Shown one piece after another: positions 1-9,030 of a DNA stretch of 25,968 nt. Source of the stretch: Promethearchaeota archaeon (GTDB lineage Archaea > Asgardarchaeota > Lokiarchaeia > Sigyniarchaeales > SOKP01); the NCBI GenBank assembly GCA_019894975.1, contig JAGXNO010000046.1, positions 1 through 25,968 on the forward strand. Reading direction: 5' to 3'. The translations under genes were made by a program, and so were the position numbers. A model generated the notes under the pieces. The model saw only the letters and a program-made list of their open reading frames with translations. It had not been told where the DNA came from and did no database searches. How positions within the stretch are numbered: the stretch's first letter is position 1; the number at the start of each line of letters is the position of its first letter.

Positions 1-208
1 GGACAGTATGTCCTTCAATTTCTAGTTTAGCTTCTTCCCCAAGTTCAATAGATTTTTGTCGACAATATTCAATATCTTCTACTGAATCTGTTATTACAGT
101 AACTTTTGAAGGTTTACATAAATCAATGAATTCTTCTACAATTTTAATAACTTTTTCATTATTTAAAGCTTTTAATTTATCAAGATTTTTTTGATCGATA
201 ATCTCCAT
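1..208 (-). CDS. pckG: Phosphoenolpyruvate carboxykinase (GTP), N-terminal fragment running off the window edge; not in the ORF track
   Basis: Manual translation from ATG 208: MEIIDQKNLDKLKALNNEKVIKIVEEFIDLCKPSKVTVITDSVEDIEYCRQKSIELGEEAKLEIEGHTV. This matches the Thermococcus-type GTP-PEPCK N-terminus pattern (LxxPxxVxVxTDSxED...GEExxLxxxxHTV). Confidence 0.8.
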   Translation of the reverse strand, partial: MEIIDQKNLDKLKALNNEKVIKIVEEFIDLCKPSKVTVITDSVEDIEYCRQKSIELGEEAKLEIEGHTV

Positions 209-365
209 TCTCTTTTCGCTAGGTTTGTTCTTGCTATTTAATAGAATTTAATGTGTTAAAAAAATTTTGTAGCTATATTAATTTTATCTAATCCTAAATT
301 AAAAGTTTGAAAGATCAAAAATTTTCTGACTACTGAGGATTTAGCCTTAACTAAACTCATATTCT

Positions 366-405
366 AAAATAAATAAATAAATAAAAAAAAATAAACTAAA
401 AAGAA
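366..405 (-). terminator. Probable oligo-U archaeal terminator of the thermosome gene
   Basis: Long A-rich run on + (T-rich on -) immediately after the stop codon at 410. Confidence 0.4.
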
Positions 406-409
406 ATTT

Positions 410-1993
410 CTAAAGTCCTCTACTACCTTTGGCGCTAATTATTCGATCAATCCGTAGGATAAGATTTGCCAATTCGCTTCCAGATTTTATAATATGTGCT
501 AATAATTCAGCAGGTTCAACGATTCCTCTTTTAAAATTATCCCCTATCGTATTTGTGATGGTATCAATACCGATCCACTTATCAGCGTCAGTTTTATGTG
601 CTGCTTTTAATTCGGTAAGTTGCTCGATCTCTTCTAATCCTGCGTTTCTGATTAAAGTTTTGGGGATCTCCTCAAGTGCGAGTGCGAAAGCGTTTATGGC
701 AAGTTGCTCCTTTCCGCTAATTTCATTTGCATATTCCCTGATTCTTTTAGCGAGTTCAATGTAGATGGCTCCTCCACCAGCAACAACGGTTTTGGTATCC
801 ATTATTTTCGCGATGACTGACAACACATCATGTAAAGAGACTTCTGCGGTACTGAGAATCTTATCGAGACCACCTTTGAGTAAAATTGAAACAGATTTCG
901 GATTCTTGCAGCCTGATAACAATGTATAGTCATCATCACCAAGTTTTTCAAATAATATTTTTTCAGCATATCCTAAATCGTCTTCTGACAAAGAGGATAA
1001 ATCATCAACTAATTTAGCGTCTACAGCCTTTAAAATTGATTTATAGTCACTTTCACCGACATTCTTAATAGCTGCAATACCCGCTCTAGCGAGAAAAGCA
1101 CCAAATTTATCAGAGATATCACTACTGTTTACTACTAAGTTAACTCCTAAATCTGTAAAAATTTTCATGTAATCTAATAGTATTTTCTCTTCTTGATCAA
1201 GAAATCGTTGAATTTCTGAGGGACTAGTGATCCGAATTTGAGCATCATATTCAGTCTTTTTTACATCTAATTTTTTCCTCACAACTGCAATTTTAGCATC
1301 CTTTATCACATCGGGCATCATGCTATTGACTTTTTCTTTCTGAATATATACCCCATTAATAAGTTCGGACTCTTTTAAAGACTTTCCAGGAGCTTTTACA
1401 ATTTTTATGTTTGAGACCTTTCCGAAAGTGTTATTTCCCTCATCATCTGAGATCTGTTTTACAGCTTTTAATGCTAAATCTGCGAAAAAATCCTTTAATG
1501 AAGAAATACCTTTTGAGTTCATAGCAGTTTTTGCAGCATCTAAAAGGATTTTATTATCATCATGAGTAATTTTTTCTGAAATTTCTTTGATAATCTTTAA
1601 TGATTTATCCGTAGCTAGTTTATATCCATGAGTAATAGGTTTAGGATGAATATCCTGTTCAATTAATTCTAAAGCATTATTTAATAATGTTGCTGAAAAA
1701 ATCACTGCAGATGTGGTTCCATCTCCAATTTCATCATCAATCGACTTAGCAACGTTGACCATCATATTTGCTGCAACATTTTCGATATCTAAGGATGAAA
1801 GAATTTCAGCACCATCATTTGTAATTGTTACATCTCCCATAGAGTCAACTAACATTTTCGACATACCCTTAGGTCCAAGTGTAGAGCGTACAGTTTCGGC
1901 AATAGCAACCATTGCTGAGATATTCTGTTTTCGAGCCTCTCTTTCTCGTGTTTCTTCTGTACCTTCCTTCAGTATAATTATAGGAACTGACAT
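410..1993 (-). CDS. ths: Group II chaperonin (thermosome) subunit, divergent paralog
   Basis: STLGPKG, ITNDGA, GDGTTS, SLHD, VAGGGA, LEEIPKTL and ILRID motifs; 527 aa. Confidence 0.95.
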   Translation of the reverse strand: MSVPIIILKEGTEETREREARKQNISAMVAIAETVRSTLGPKGMSKMLVDSMGDVTITNDGAEILSSLDIENVAANMMVNVAKSIDDEIGDGTTSAVIFSATLLNNALELIEQDIHPKPITHGYKLATDKSLKIIKEISEKITHDDNKILLDAAKTAMNSKGISSLKDFFADLALKAVKQISDDEGNNTFGKVSNIKIVKAPGKSLKESELINGVYIQKEKVNSMMPDVIKDAKIAVVRKKLDVKKTEYDAQIRITSPSEIQRFLDQEEKILLDYMKIFTDLGVNLVVNSSDISDKFGAFLARAGIAAIKNVGESDYKSILKAVDAKLVDDLSSLSEDDLGYAEKILFEKLGDDDYTLLSGCKNPKSVSILLKGGLDKILSTAEVSLHDVLSVIAKIMDTKTVVAGGGAIYIELAKRIREYANEISGKEQLAINAFALALEEIPKTLIRNAGLEEIEQLTELKAAHKTDADKWIGIDTITNTIGDNFKRGIVEPAELLAHIIKSGSELANLILRIDRIISAKGSRGL

Positions 1994-2027
1994 TTTACTT
2001 TTTCACTATATTTTGATTTTTTTGAAT

Positions 2028-2043
2028 TCTTTATATATAAAGA
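2028..2043 (-). promoter_or_regulatory. TATA-box candidate within the perfect palindrome TCTTTATATATAAAGA upstream of the thermosome gene
   Basis: 16-bp self-complementary sequence containing TTTATATA, 35-50 nt upstream of ATG 1993. Confidence 0.5.
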
Positions 2044-2167
2044 TCTCTAAGTCATAAAATTAAAAAAAGTTTACGAAATAGCATTATAAAAATAGAAATG
2101 GAATAAAAAAAATTTATATGAAAAAAGTGTAAAGGAGTTTTTGTATAGGATTTAGATTGGAAAGATC

Positions 2168-2653
2168 TTACACTTCTTTTAGGTCACCAAATTCGACGAA
2201 TGCTGAGTTTTTATACTCCTTTAAAACCATATTGGAATTGGTACGGGTCACATATTCTCTTTCATTAAGCTCCCGAATAAACTGATGAACGGACTCGCTA
2301 TCTTTAAATCTACATATTAAGGCTGCTGACTGTTCACCCGTAGTATGAAAAATAGAGCAGACTTCCGGAATCTTGGTAAGGTCTTCCAATATTTCTTCTG
2401 TATGTTTCCCATCTACGTTCACTCTTATTAAAAATGTCAATTTATATCCCAACTTTTCATTGCTCAGTCGTAATGTGTATCCTTGAACGACACCTAAATC
2501 CCTTAATTTAGAAATTCTGTTATGAATTGTTCCAATTGAGATCCCTAAGGTGTTTTGGATTTCCCGATATGATGTACGCGCATCCTCTTGTAGAATTCTT
2601 ATAATATTTTTATCAATATCATCGAGAGCTTTCTCTTTTTTCATAAAAAACAA
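2168..2653 (-). CDS. Lrp/AsnC family transcriptional regulator (ATG 2644 is the more likely start)
   Basis: LDDIDKNIIRILQEDAR...GISIGTIHNRISKLRDLGVV HTH followed by a C-terminal RAM/AsnC domain (PEV...TTG). Confidence 0.93.
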   Translation of the reverse strand: MFFMKKEKALDDIDKNIIRILQEDARTSYREIQNTLGISIGTIHNRISKLRDLGVVQGYTLRLSNEKLGYKLTFLIRVNVDGKHTEEILEDLTKIPEVCSIFHTTGEQSAALICRFKDSESVHQFIRELNEREYVTRTNSNMVLKEYKNSAFVEFGDLKEV

Positions 2654-2757
2654 CCCTAGTATATGTTGTAGAAATTTTTAAACAAAACCAATATAATCTA
2701 TATTAAAAAATATATAAAATTTTACCAAATCTAATTTTTTATGAAAATTGTTTAAAT

Positions 2758-3180
2758 TCACATGCCATAAACTTCTTCTGGATTAAATATCCTAGTTCCA
2801 ATTTCATTGAATTTACCGTTTTTGAAATTTCTATAAAAACATGAATAATATCCTTCATGACAGGCAGCCCCAGTTTGCTTAACGAGTACCAAAATAGAAT
2901 CATTATCACAATCAGTAATCAATTCTTTAATCTCTTGAAAATTTCCACTTGTTTCACCTTTCTGCCATAATTTTTGCCTTGATCTTGAATAATAATGCAT
3001 TAAACCAGTTTCAAGCGATTTTTGGATTGCCTCCTTGTTAGCAAATGCGAGCATTAACACTTCATTAGTAAGGTGATCTTGGGTTATAACAGGTATTAAA
3101 TCACCTGGGATTTTCGAGAAGTCTAATTGCTTGGTTAAACCTTCTATATCTTTTTTAGAAAAATTTCTCATAGGTATCAA
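2758..3180 (-). CDS. hisI: Phosphoribosyl-AMP cyclohydrolase (alternative start ATG 3171)
   Basis: YYSRSRQKLWQKGETSGN, DCDND, GAACHEGYYSCF. Confidence 0.97.
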   Translation of the reverse strand: MIPMRNFSKKDIEGLTKQLDFSKIPGDLIPVITQDHLTNEVLMLAFANKEAIQKSLETGLMHYYSRSRQKLWQKGETSGNFQEIKELITDCDNDSILVLVKQTGAACHEGYYSCFYRNFKNGKFNEIGTRIFNPEEVYGM

Positions 3181-3227
3181 AATTTATTATGCTGTATATA
3201 TTTTAATTATTATTAAACGCTATTTTA

Positions 3228-4340
3228 ATGGAGATCATTATGGCTAAGAAATTAAATATAGATCCATGGGGTACCTCAAATCTCGAAGAGGAAGATTATG
3301 CAAGACTCATCCAGGAATTTGGTATTTCCGAAATTACGGAATCTCTAAGACAAAAAATGCTCAAAAATCGCTTCATTAGAAGAAAAATTATTTTTGGGCA
3401 TAGAGATATGAATTTAGTATTTAAGGCTATGGAAGCGGGTCAACCATGGGCAGTAATGAGTGGGATTAAACCTTCTGGCCCATTTCACTTAGGAACCTCA
3501 ACCACCGCCCTAGAAATCGTTGAATTCCAGAAAATGGGGGGAAAGGTTTTTTATGGAATAGCAGATGTAGAATCATGGGAAGATAATGGAATACCATGGG
3601 AAGAAGCAGAAGAAACCATGGTAGATAATATTGCTGACATATTAGCCTTTGGTTTAGATCCATCTCCAGAAAAAGCTTATATCTGGAGACAATCAAAAGA
3701 ACCAATTGTAAAAGATGTATGTTTTAAGGTAAGTAGATTAGTCACACAGAACATGCTAAACGCCATTTATGGAGAACGGACATTTGGCTTATATCTTTCT
3801 TCATTGATTCAAGTTGCGGATATCATTTTGCCTCAGATATTAGATGGGCCACAACCTACTGTTGTACCAGTAGGTATTGATCAGGATCCTCATATACGTC
3901 TCACAAGGGACTTAACTCGAAGAAATTATAAAGATTTTTTCTTGCCTGGTGCAACATATCATTATTTATTATCTGGCATAGACGGTTCTGATAAAATGGC
4001 AAAGAGAAATCCGAATAGTTATTTTACATTTAATGAACCTTTCAAATCAATTGAAAAAAAAATCAAGGGTACATTGACCGGAGGAAGGAGAAACTTAGAA
4101 GAGCAACGTCAATTAGGTGGAGAACCTCAGAAATGTATGGTTTATAAGATTTTGATGTATCACTTTGAAGAAGATGATGAAAAATTAGCGGATGATTTTG
4201 AAATGTGTGTTAAGGGAGAATTAATGTGCGGAGATCATAAAAAGGAATGTATTGAAAAAGTGTTAGCATTCATTGAAAATCATCAGAAGAAAAAGGAAAA
4301 ATTAATTGATAAAGCCAAAACCCTTCTAAAGATTGAATAA
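3228..4340 (+). CDS. trpS: Tryptophan--tRNA ligase, archaeal type
   Basis: IDPWG N-terminus, RRKIIFGHRD, GIKPSGPFHLG (HIGH-like), QVADI, VPVGIDQDPHIRLTRD, KMAKR (KMSKS-like), TGGR...EQRQLGG. Confidence 0.95.
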   Translation: MEIIMAKKLNIDPWGTSNLEEEDYARLIQEFGISEITESLRQKMLKNRFIRRKIIFGHRDMNLVFKAMEAGQPWAVMSGIKPSGPFHLGTSTTALEIVEFQKMGGKVFYGIADVESWEDNGIPWEEAEETMVDNIADILAFGLDPSPEKAYIWRQSKEPIVKDVCFKVSRLVTQNMLNAIYGERTFGLYLSSLIQVADIILPQILDGPQPTVVPVGIDQDPHIRLTRDLTRRNYKDFFLPGATYHYLLSGIDGSDKMAKRNPNSYFTFNEPFKSIEKKIKGTLTGGRRNLEEQRQLGGEPQKCMVYKILMYHFEEDDEKLADDFEMCVKGELMCGDHKKECIEKVLAFIENHQKKKEKLIDKAKTLLKIE

Positions 4341-4349
4341 TAAATTCTA

Positions 4350-5276
4350 CTAAATTAACTCTTTTAATATCTGTGTGAGGTCTTCAAGAAATTCTGGAAA
4401 AAGTGTTAAGAGTTTCTCTTTTCTCTCCTTTTTGGTTACAGCTGAAATGAAAAATAATTCTGAACCTATTTTTAACCTATGAAGATAGGAAAAAAGTACG
4501 TGATCAACGTTATCAAGATCATGGTCATACTCATAAGTCGTTTCTTCTTCTAATCTTTTGAGTAAAAAGAGATGTTCTTTGATTGAGTCTAATAACTCAA
4601 CATACACTTCTGAGTCTATATCACTATAATACTCAGAAATAATAATACCATTTCGATCAAATACGAGTAATGCCTGATTCTCAAATTCTTCAATGTAGCC
4701 TTCTAATAATTCAGAAAGTTCAAAGAATTTTTCGTCAAAAACAGAAAGACCATAGGAGACTAACTGGACAATCGAAATTATATCGAAAATAGAAGTTTGC
4801 TGAAACAAGATCTTAAAATTTGGATATTTGTCTAATAATTTAGTTCTTAATTCATTGATGTTCTGTAAAATTTCTTCATTTCCTCTTAAATCGGGGTCAA
4901 ACTTATGAAATGCGATAATCACAGGCACATCCATTTTACTTTCAGTGAAAAATGTTAAAATTGCATCTAAATACTCTAGCGAATTCTCAAATCGCTCAGG
5001 ATCTTGGATATCAATCACATAGATGAGTAGGTCAGTTGCGTCGAAATAAACATCTTGGTATTGCATATATACTTCCCTGTAGCTCGTTTGGCCTCCCATA
5101 TCCCAGAATATTGAATTATTCTTCAGGAAATTCATTTTATGATATTCCACTCTAATAGTGGGTTTCAGTTGAACAATATCCTTTTGGAAATCGTATTTTT
5201 TGTCTAACGCGGTCAAAATTGACGTTTTTCCTGCGTTATCTAGCCCTGAAATCACAATTTTTAAAAAACTTTCCAT
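4350..5276 (-). CDS. Arf/Rag-like small GTPase with C-terminal Roadblock/longin-like domain (eukaryotic signature protein)
   Basis: G1 GLDNAGKTS, G2 PT, G3 WDMGGQ, G4 HKFD, G5 TSI; about 130 aa C-terminal extension containing ALLVFDRNGIIISEY. Confidence 0.88.
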   Translation of the reverse strand: MESFLKIVISGLDNAGKTSILTALDKKYDFQKDIVQLKPTIRVEYHKMNFLKNNSIFWDMGGQTSYREVYMQYQDVYFDATDLLIYVIDIQDPERFENSLEYLDAILTFFTESKMDVPVIIAFHKFDPDLRGNEEILQNINELRTKLLDKYPNFKILFQQTSIFDIISIVQLVSYGLSVFDEKFFELSELLEGYIEEFENQALLVFDRNGIIISEYYSDIDSEVYVELLDSIKEHLFLLKRLEEETTYEYDHDLDNVDHVLFSYLHRLKIGSELFFISAVTKKERKEKLLTLFPEFLEDLTQILKELI

Positions 5277-5558
5277 TTTTTTTCGTATTTTTTCGATTTT
5301 TCAGTTTAATAAAATAATAGTCTTTACTAATTTAAACTTCTTGGAATGTAAATTATGTGTTTGTCATGAGATTTTCTATCATATTTTTGTTATAATATGG
5401 AGATACAATCTAAATATTACTCCTATATTCATAATTTCTTCTTTTAATAAAGAACTCCTCAAGGATCCAAGAATTTGAGACGCAAATGATGACATATAAA
5501 TGACATTTATATTTTTTAAAGGGGTTACTGTGATTTTAGTAAATGAACTAGTTTTTTA

Positions 5559-5801
5559 ATGAGGTTGATATTTATGACAGAAGTTAACAATAATTTTTTA
5601 GAACATTTGGAATATCAAATAAGTATAATAGAGAAGCATGAAGAAACCTACAAAAAGATCCCTGTGTTTACTGAACAGTTGAAACAAGTTGATAAATCCG
5701 TTATGAATCTTAGAGATAAATTTGATAAAATACATCTCAGAGATAAATACCAGATTATAATTACAGAGTTGGAAGAATTAATAGAACAATCAAAAAAATA
5801 A
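5559..5801 (+). CDS. Small helical hypothetical protein (start possibly ATG 5574)
   Basis: Amphipathic helical composition; fills the gap between oppositely oriented genes; T-rich tract after the stop. Confidence 0.6.
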   Translation: MRLIFMTEVNNNFLEHLEYQISIIEKHEETYKKIPVFTEQLKQVDKSVMNLRDKFDKIHLRDKYQIIITELEELIEQSKK

Positions 5802-5841
5802 TCTTTTCTCTCCTATTTTTTTAAAGAACCTTATGAAATTT

Positions 5842-6264
5842 TTATTCCCCTATAATCGTACAATAAATGGTTCTTGATCGCGGTTTTTCATCGCATTCAA
5901 TATAAATTATTTGCTGCCATGTTCCTAAAATCAATTTTTGATTTTTAAACGGAAATGTTTGGGATGTTTTAATAAGAAAGCTTCTCAAGTGTCCAGCTCC
6001 ATTATAGTCATGCCAGGTCTTATGATGTGCATAATTTTTTTTATAAGGAATTAGGTTTTCTAACATTTCTTTAATATCTTGATCAACCAATCCTGGTTCA
6101 TACTCAACCGTTGATATTGCGCCTGTCGAGCCAGCTACATGCACATTTACTATCCCATTTTCTATTCCACTCTTTTTAATTGAAGTTTGGACTTGATTTG
6201 ATATATTTATAACATCGCAAAACGCTTGAGACTTTAAATTAAAAGTTTGAAAATCAACGGTCAT
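5842..6264 (-). CDS. yjbQ: YjbQ/UPF0047 family (secondary thiamine-phosphate synthase-like)
   Basis: GSTGAISTVEYEPGL, YAHH, NGAGHLRSFL, LGTWQQI..ECD. Confidence 0.93.
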   Translation of the reverse strand: MTVDFQTFNLKSQAFCDVINISNQVQTSIKKSGIENGIVNVHVAGSTGAISTVEYEPGLVDQDIKEMLENLIPYKKNYAHHKTWHDYNGAGHLRSFLIKTSQTFPFKNQKLILGTWQQIIYIECDEKPRSRTIYCTIIGE

Positions 6265-6433
6265 TTTCCTTTTTTCCTATTTTTATATTTCTTTAGTGTT
6301 TCTAGAGTATTAAGAGAATTCAAAATAACTTCCTCTAGGTGTTATAGATTTTAGGATAAATCCATTTAATAATAAAATTTTTTATGAATTTTAATTTACT
6401 TATTTTAAATATACTTAACTTTTTTACTAAACG

Positions 6434-6850
6434 ATGAAAAAATTAGAAGAATTCTTAAAGAAAATACATGATTCTAAATCAAAAATCCCTGAATATGCTA
6501 GTATAATAATCAAACCGGGGAAAAAAGTTTTAGATGTGAAAATAAAGAAGGAAGCTGAAAACATATTAAAAGTACTTGCGCATGAAGAAAATCAAACAGG
6601 CTGGTTCTTACATTCTGTTCATATTCCTTTAAAGAATTTAGGGTTATCATATAATTCTAAGGATAAAGAAATATTAGAATATTTATCAGATCCAAATAAG
6701 ATTAAAAATAAATCAACTCAAGATTATGTTGAGAATATATTAAGAAAATATATTGACATTTTACCTGAAAAAAAGAAACATTTTTTCAAAACTGAACGAT
6801 ACAAGAAAAGGAAAGAATTTAAAACGGGAGCTCAATTAAAAGGATTTTAA
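6434..6850 (+). CDS. Basic hypothetical protein
   Basis: 138-aa non-overlapping ORF with ATG start and Lys-rich C-terminus; no family recognised. Confidence 0.7.
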   Translation: MKKLEEFLKKIHDSKSKIPEYASIIIKPGKKVLDVKIKKEAENILKVLAHEENQTGWFLHSVHIPLKNLGLSYNSKDKEILEYLSDPNKIKNKSTQDYVENILRKYIDILPEKKKHFFKTERYKKRKEFKTGAQLKGF

Positions 6851-6891
6851 CATTCTTTTAATGTCTTTATTTATAAATTCTGCTAAAACAT

Positions 6892-7758
6892 TTAACTTCT
6901 TAAGGGCATTCCCGTAAAATCAATAACCTCTTTAAGTTTTGGTTTTCTTTCACGATAGGGATTTTTTAAATTTCTTATTTTTCTTCCGAAGGTGATATAA
7001 CCGCTATGACCAACCATCCTCGAATCAGGACGAGTCGCATTTTTTTTTACTTGGATTTTTCTCTTAATTAATTCATACGTATTGATTTCTACAAAACTAT
7101 TTTCTTCCATTGCAAAGGTAGTCTTTTTGACTTGTTCGATTGTTGGGGAAAATGAAACAAGAGTTCCGCTTAATTTGAGATACTTTGCTACTTTTTCTAC
7201 TGCATTCCAGGGGTCGCCAAGGTCTAACACCACTGAATCTACTTTTTCAAGATTTAAATCATCTGTAATAATATTCCCCAATTCTATCGATACAACGTCT
7301 TCTAGCTTCGCTCTCTCAACATTCTTTCTTGCATTCTTGAGAGATTTTTCACGTATATCGTATGAAAAAAGATGTCCATTAGGTCGAACATAATTTCCTA
7401 AAATACAAGTTAAAGCCCCAGAACCGCATCCTGCTTCAATAACGACGCTTCCAGGACCAATCCCGGAGTAAAGTAAAATTAAACCCGCATCTTCAGGATA
7501 TATAATTTGAGTCTTACGGCTCATATGAACCACATAATCAGATGGTAATGGTTTAAGTATAAAAAATTTGTATCCTTGAGTTTCATACGGTTTTGAAAAT
7601 ACAACAGTTCCAAAATCTTTTCCTATAATATCATCAAATTCAATTATTCCTCGATGGGAGTGAAATGATTCACCTGCTCGCACTTGAACAAGCCATCTTC
7701 TTTTACCATCAAGTATTAAAAAAATTAAATCATTTTCTTTTACTTTATCAGTAGTCAT
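6892..7758 (-). CDS. trmI: tRNA (adenine(57/58)-N1)-methyltransferase
   Basis: HSHRG, RKTQIIYPED, EAGCGSGALT, LDLGDPW, FSPTIEQV, TRP...MVGHSGY. Confidence 0.96.
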   Translation of the reverse strand: MTTDKVKENDLIFLILDGKRRWLVQVRAGESFHSHRGIIEFDDIIGKDFGTVVFSKPYETQGYKFFILKPLPSDYVVHMSRKTQIIYPEDAGLILLYSGIGPGSVVIEAGCGSGALTCILGNYVRPNGHLFSYDIREKSLKNARKNVERAKLEDVVSIELGNIITDDLNLEKVDSVVLDLGDPWNAVEKVAKYLKLSGTLVSFSPTIEQVKKTTFAMEENSFVEINTYELIKRKIQVKKNATRPDSRMVGHSGYITFGRKIRNLKNPYRERKPKLKEVIDFTGMPLRS

Positions 7759-7930
7759 TTTAGATAATATGTTTTAATATTTCTAATAATATCAAATCTT
7801 TAATATTTTTTCTGTAGCACTATTTCTATTATTATTTTAATTACAAAAAATATATAAAACATATAAAATTGTCATAATTAACCACTTTAAATTAATTCCC
7901 TTTAATAAATACTCCTCAAAGTATGAATTC

Positions 7931-8842
7931 ATGAGTAGAAATAATACTAAAACTTCGCAAAATTCTCAGACCTCTTTTAGGGGACTTCAAATCTTAAGTG
8001 ATGACTTGAAGAAAAAAAGAGATGATTTAAACCTTAAAACAAAAAAATTCATAAACGGTCTGCAAGAGATTGAAACAGATATCAATACAAGTTTAAAAAC
8101 AGCCAAAGATGGATATAAGAAAAAGAGAGACTATTGGAATAATAAGGTTAAGGATTTAAAAGACAAAAAAGTAGAGTATAAAACACTTTTTGAGAAGCTA
8201 GTAGAAGAAAAGAATTTAATTCAAAAGAAGACTAAAACATCAGACAAGATAATTTCTATTAAACAAGTGGAACGTAAAATTGATAATTTGGAAAGAAGAA
8301 TTGAAACCGAAAATCTTGATATTGCCGAAGAAAATGCTATAGTAGATACAATTAAAGAATTAGCTGAATCGAAGCAAGAATTTTTAGCACAGCAAGAAAA
8401 TAGCGATTTATTCAAATTAGAAAGAAAAATAGAGATAGTTAAAATCAATTTAAACAGGATTTATGAGCAATTAAATAAGTGGTCTAATAAATCTCAGGAA
8501 AATCATGCAAAAATGCTAGAAATCTTTCAAAAAGTGGATGAGTTAAGAGAACAAAAGAAAAGAATGGAAGAAGAACTTATAGAAAACAAGAAAACTGCAG
8601 ATCGCTACCATGAACAATTTTTACAGGTAATGAACCAAAGAAAGAAATTTTCGAAAGGGAAAAAACCATATAAACCGAGTAATAGACCTACCACCGTAAG
8701 AAGTAGCCACTATCACAAGAAAAATGAAATGATAGAAAAAATGAAGAAAGATAAATTAGCGGAAGCTTTAGAAAAACAAAAGGCAGGTAAGAAGTTAAAT
8801 TTATTCGAAGCTCGCCTAATATTAGGGCAATCTGAAAGATAG
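7931..8842 (+). CDS. Archaeal coiled-coil protein (COG1340-like)
   Basis: Heptad K/E-rich sequence, central IDNLERRIETENL..AEE motif, C-terminal EK.KAGKKL.L.E..LIL motif typical of this family. Confidence 0.75.
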   Translation: MSRNNTKTSQNSQTSFRGLQILSDDLKKKRDDLNLKTKKFINGLQEIETDINTSLKTAKDGYKKKRDYWNNKVKDLKDKKVEYKTLFEKLVEEKNLIQKKTKTSDKIISIKQVERKIDNLERRIETENLDIAEENAIVDTIKELAESKQEFLAQQENSDLFKLERKIEIVKINLNRIYEQLNKWSNKSQENHAKMLEIFQKVDELREQKKRMEEELIENKKTADRYHEQFLQVMNQRKKFSKGKKPYKPSNRPTTVRSSHYHKKNEMIEKMKKDKLAEALEKQKAGKKLNLFEARLILGQSER

Positions 8843-9030
8843 GTTTAAGACAAAATTGGATCTATTCTAATCCTTTAATTTCTTCAATTGTTAACTTGAA
8901 ACTCTAACTTATATTCTAATATTAGAGATTTTCATCTCATTTCAGTTAGGAAGCTTGTCATAATATTTAAAAAAATTGAAGAGTTATCTTTCTATTAATG
9001 TTCTAAAAACAAAGAAAGATTTGATAAAAA

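Noticed and set aside
429-2057. ORFs 429..764 and 1713..2057 (+)
   Set aside because: Antisense shadows of the thermosome gene; Ser/Ile/Phe-rich with no motifs.
5379-5495. 38-codon minus-strand ORF (MSSFASQILGSLRSSLLKEEIMNIGVIFRLYLHIITKI) in the long intergenic gap
   Set aside because: No motif or other support; compatible with chance.
2705-7859. Identical 15-mer AAAAAATATATAAAA at 2705-2719 and 7845-7859
   Set aside because: Low complexity; best explained as ordinary BRE/TATA promoter sequence, not a repeat family.
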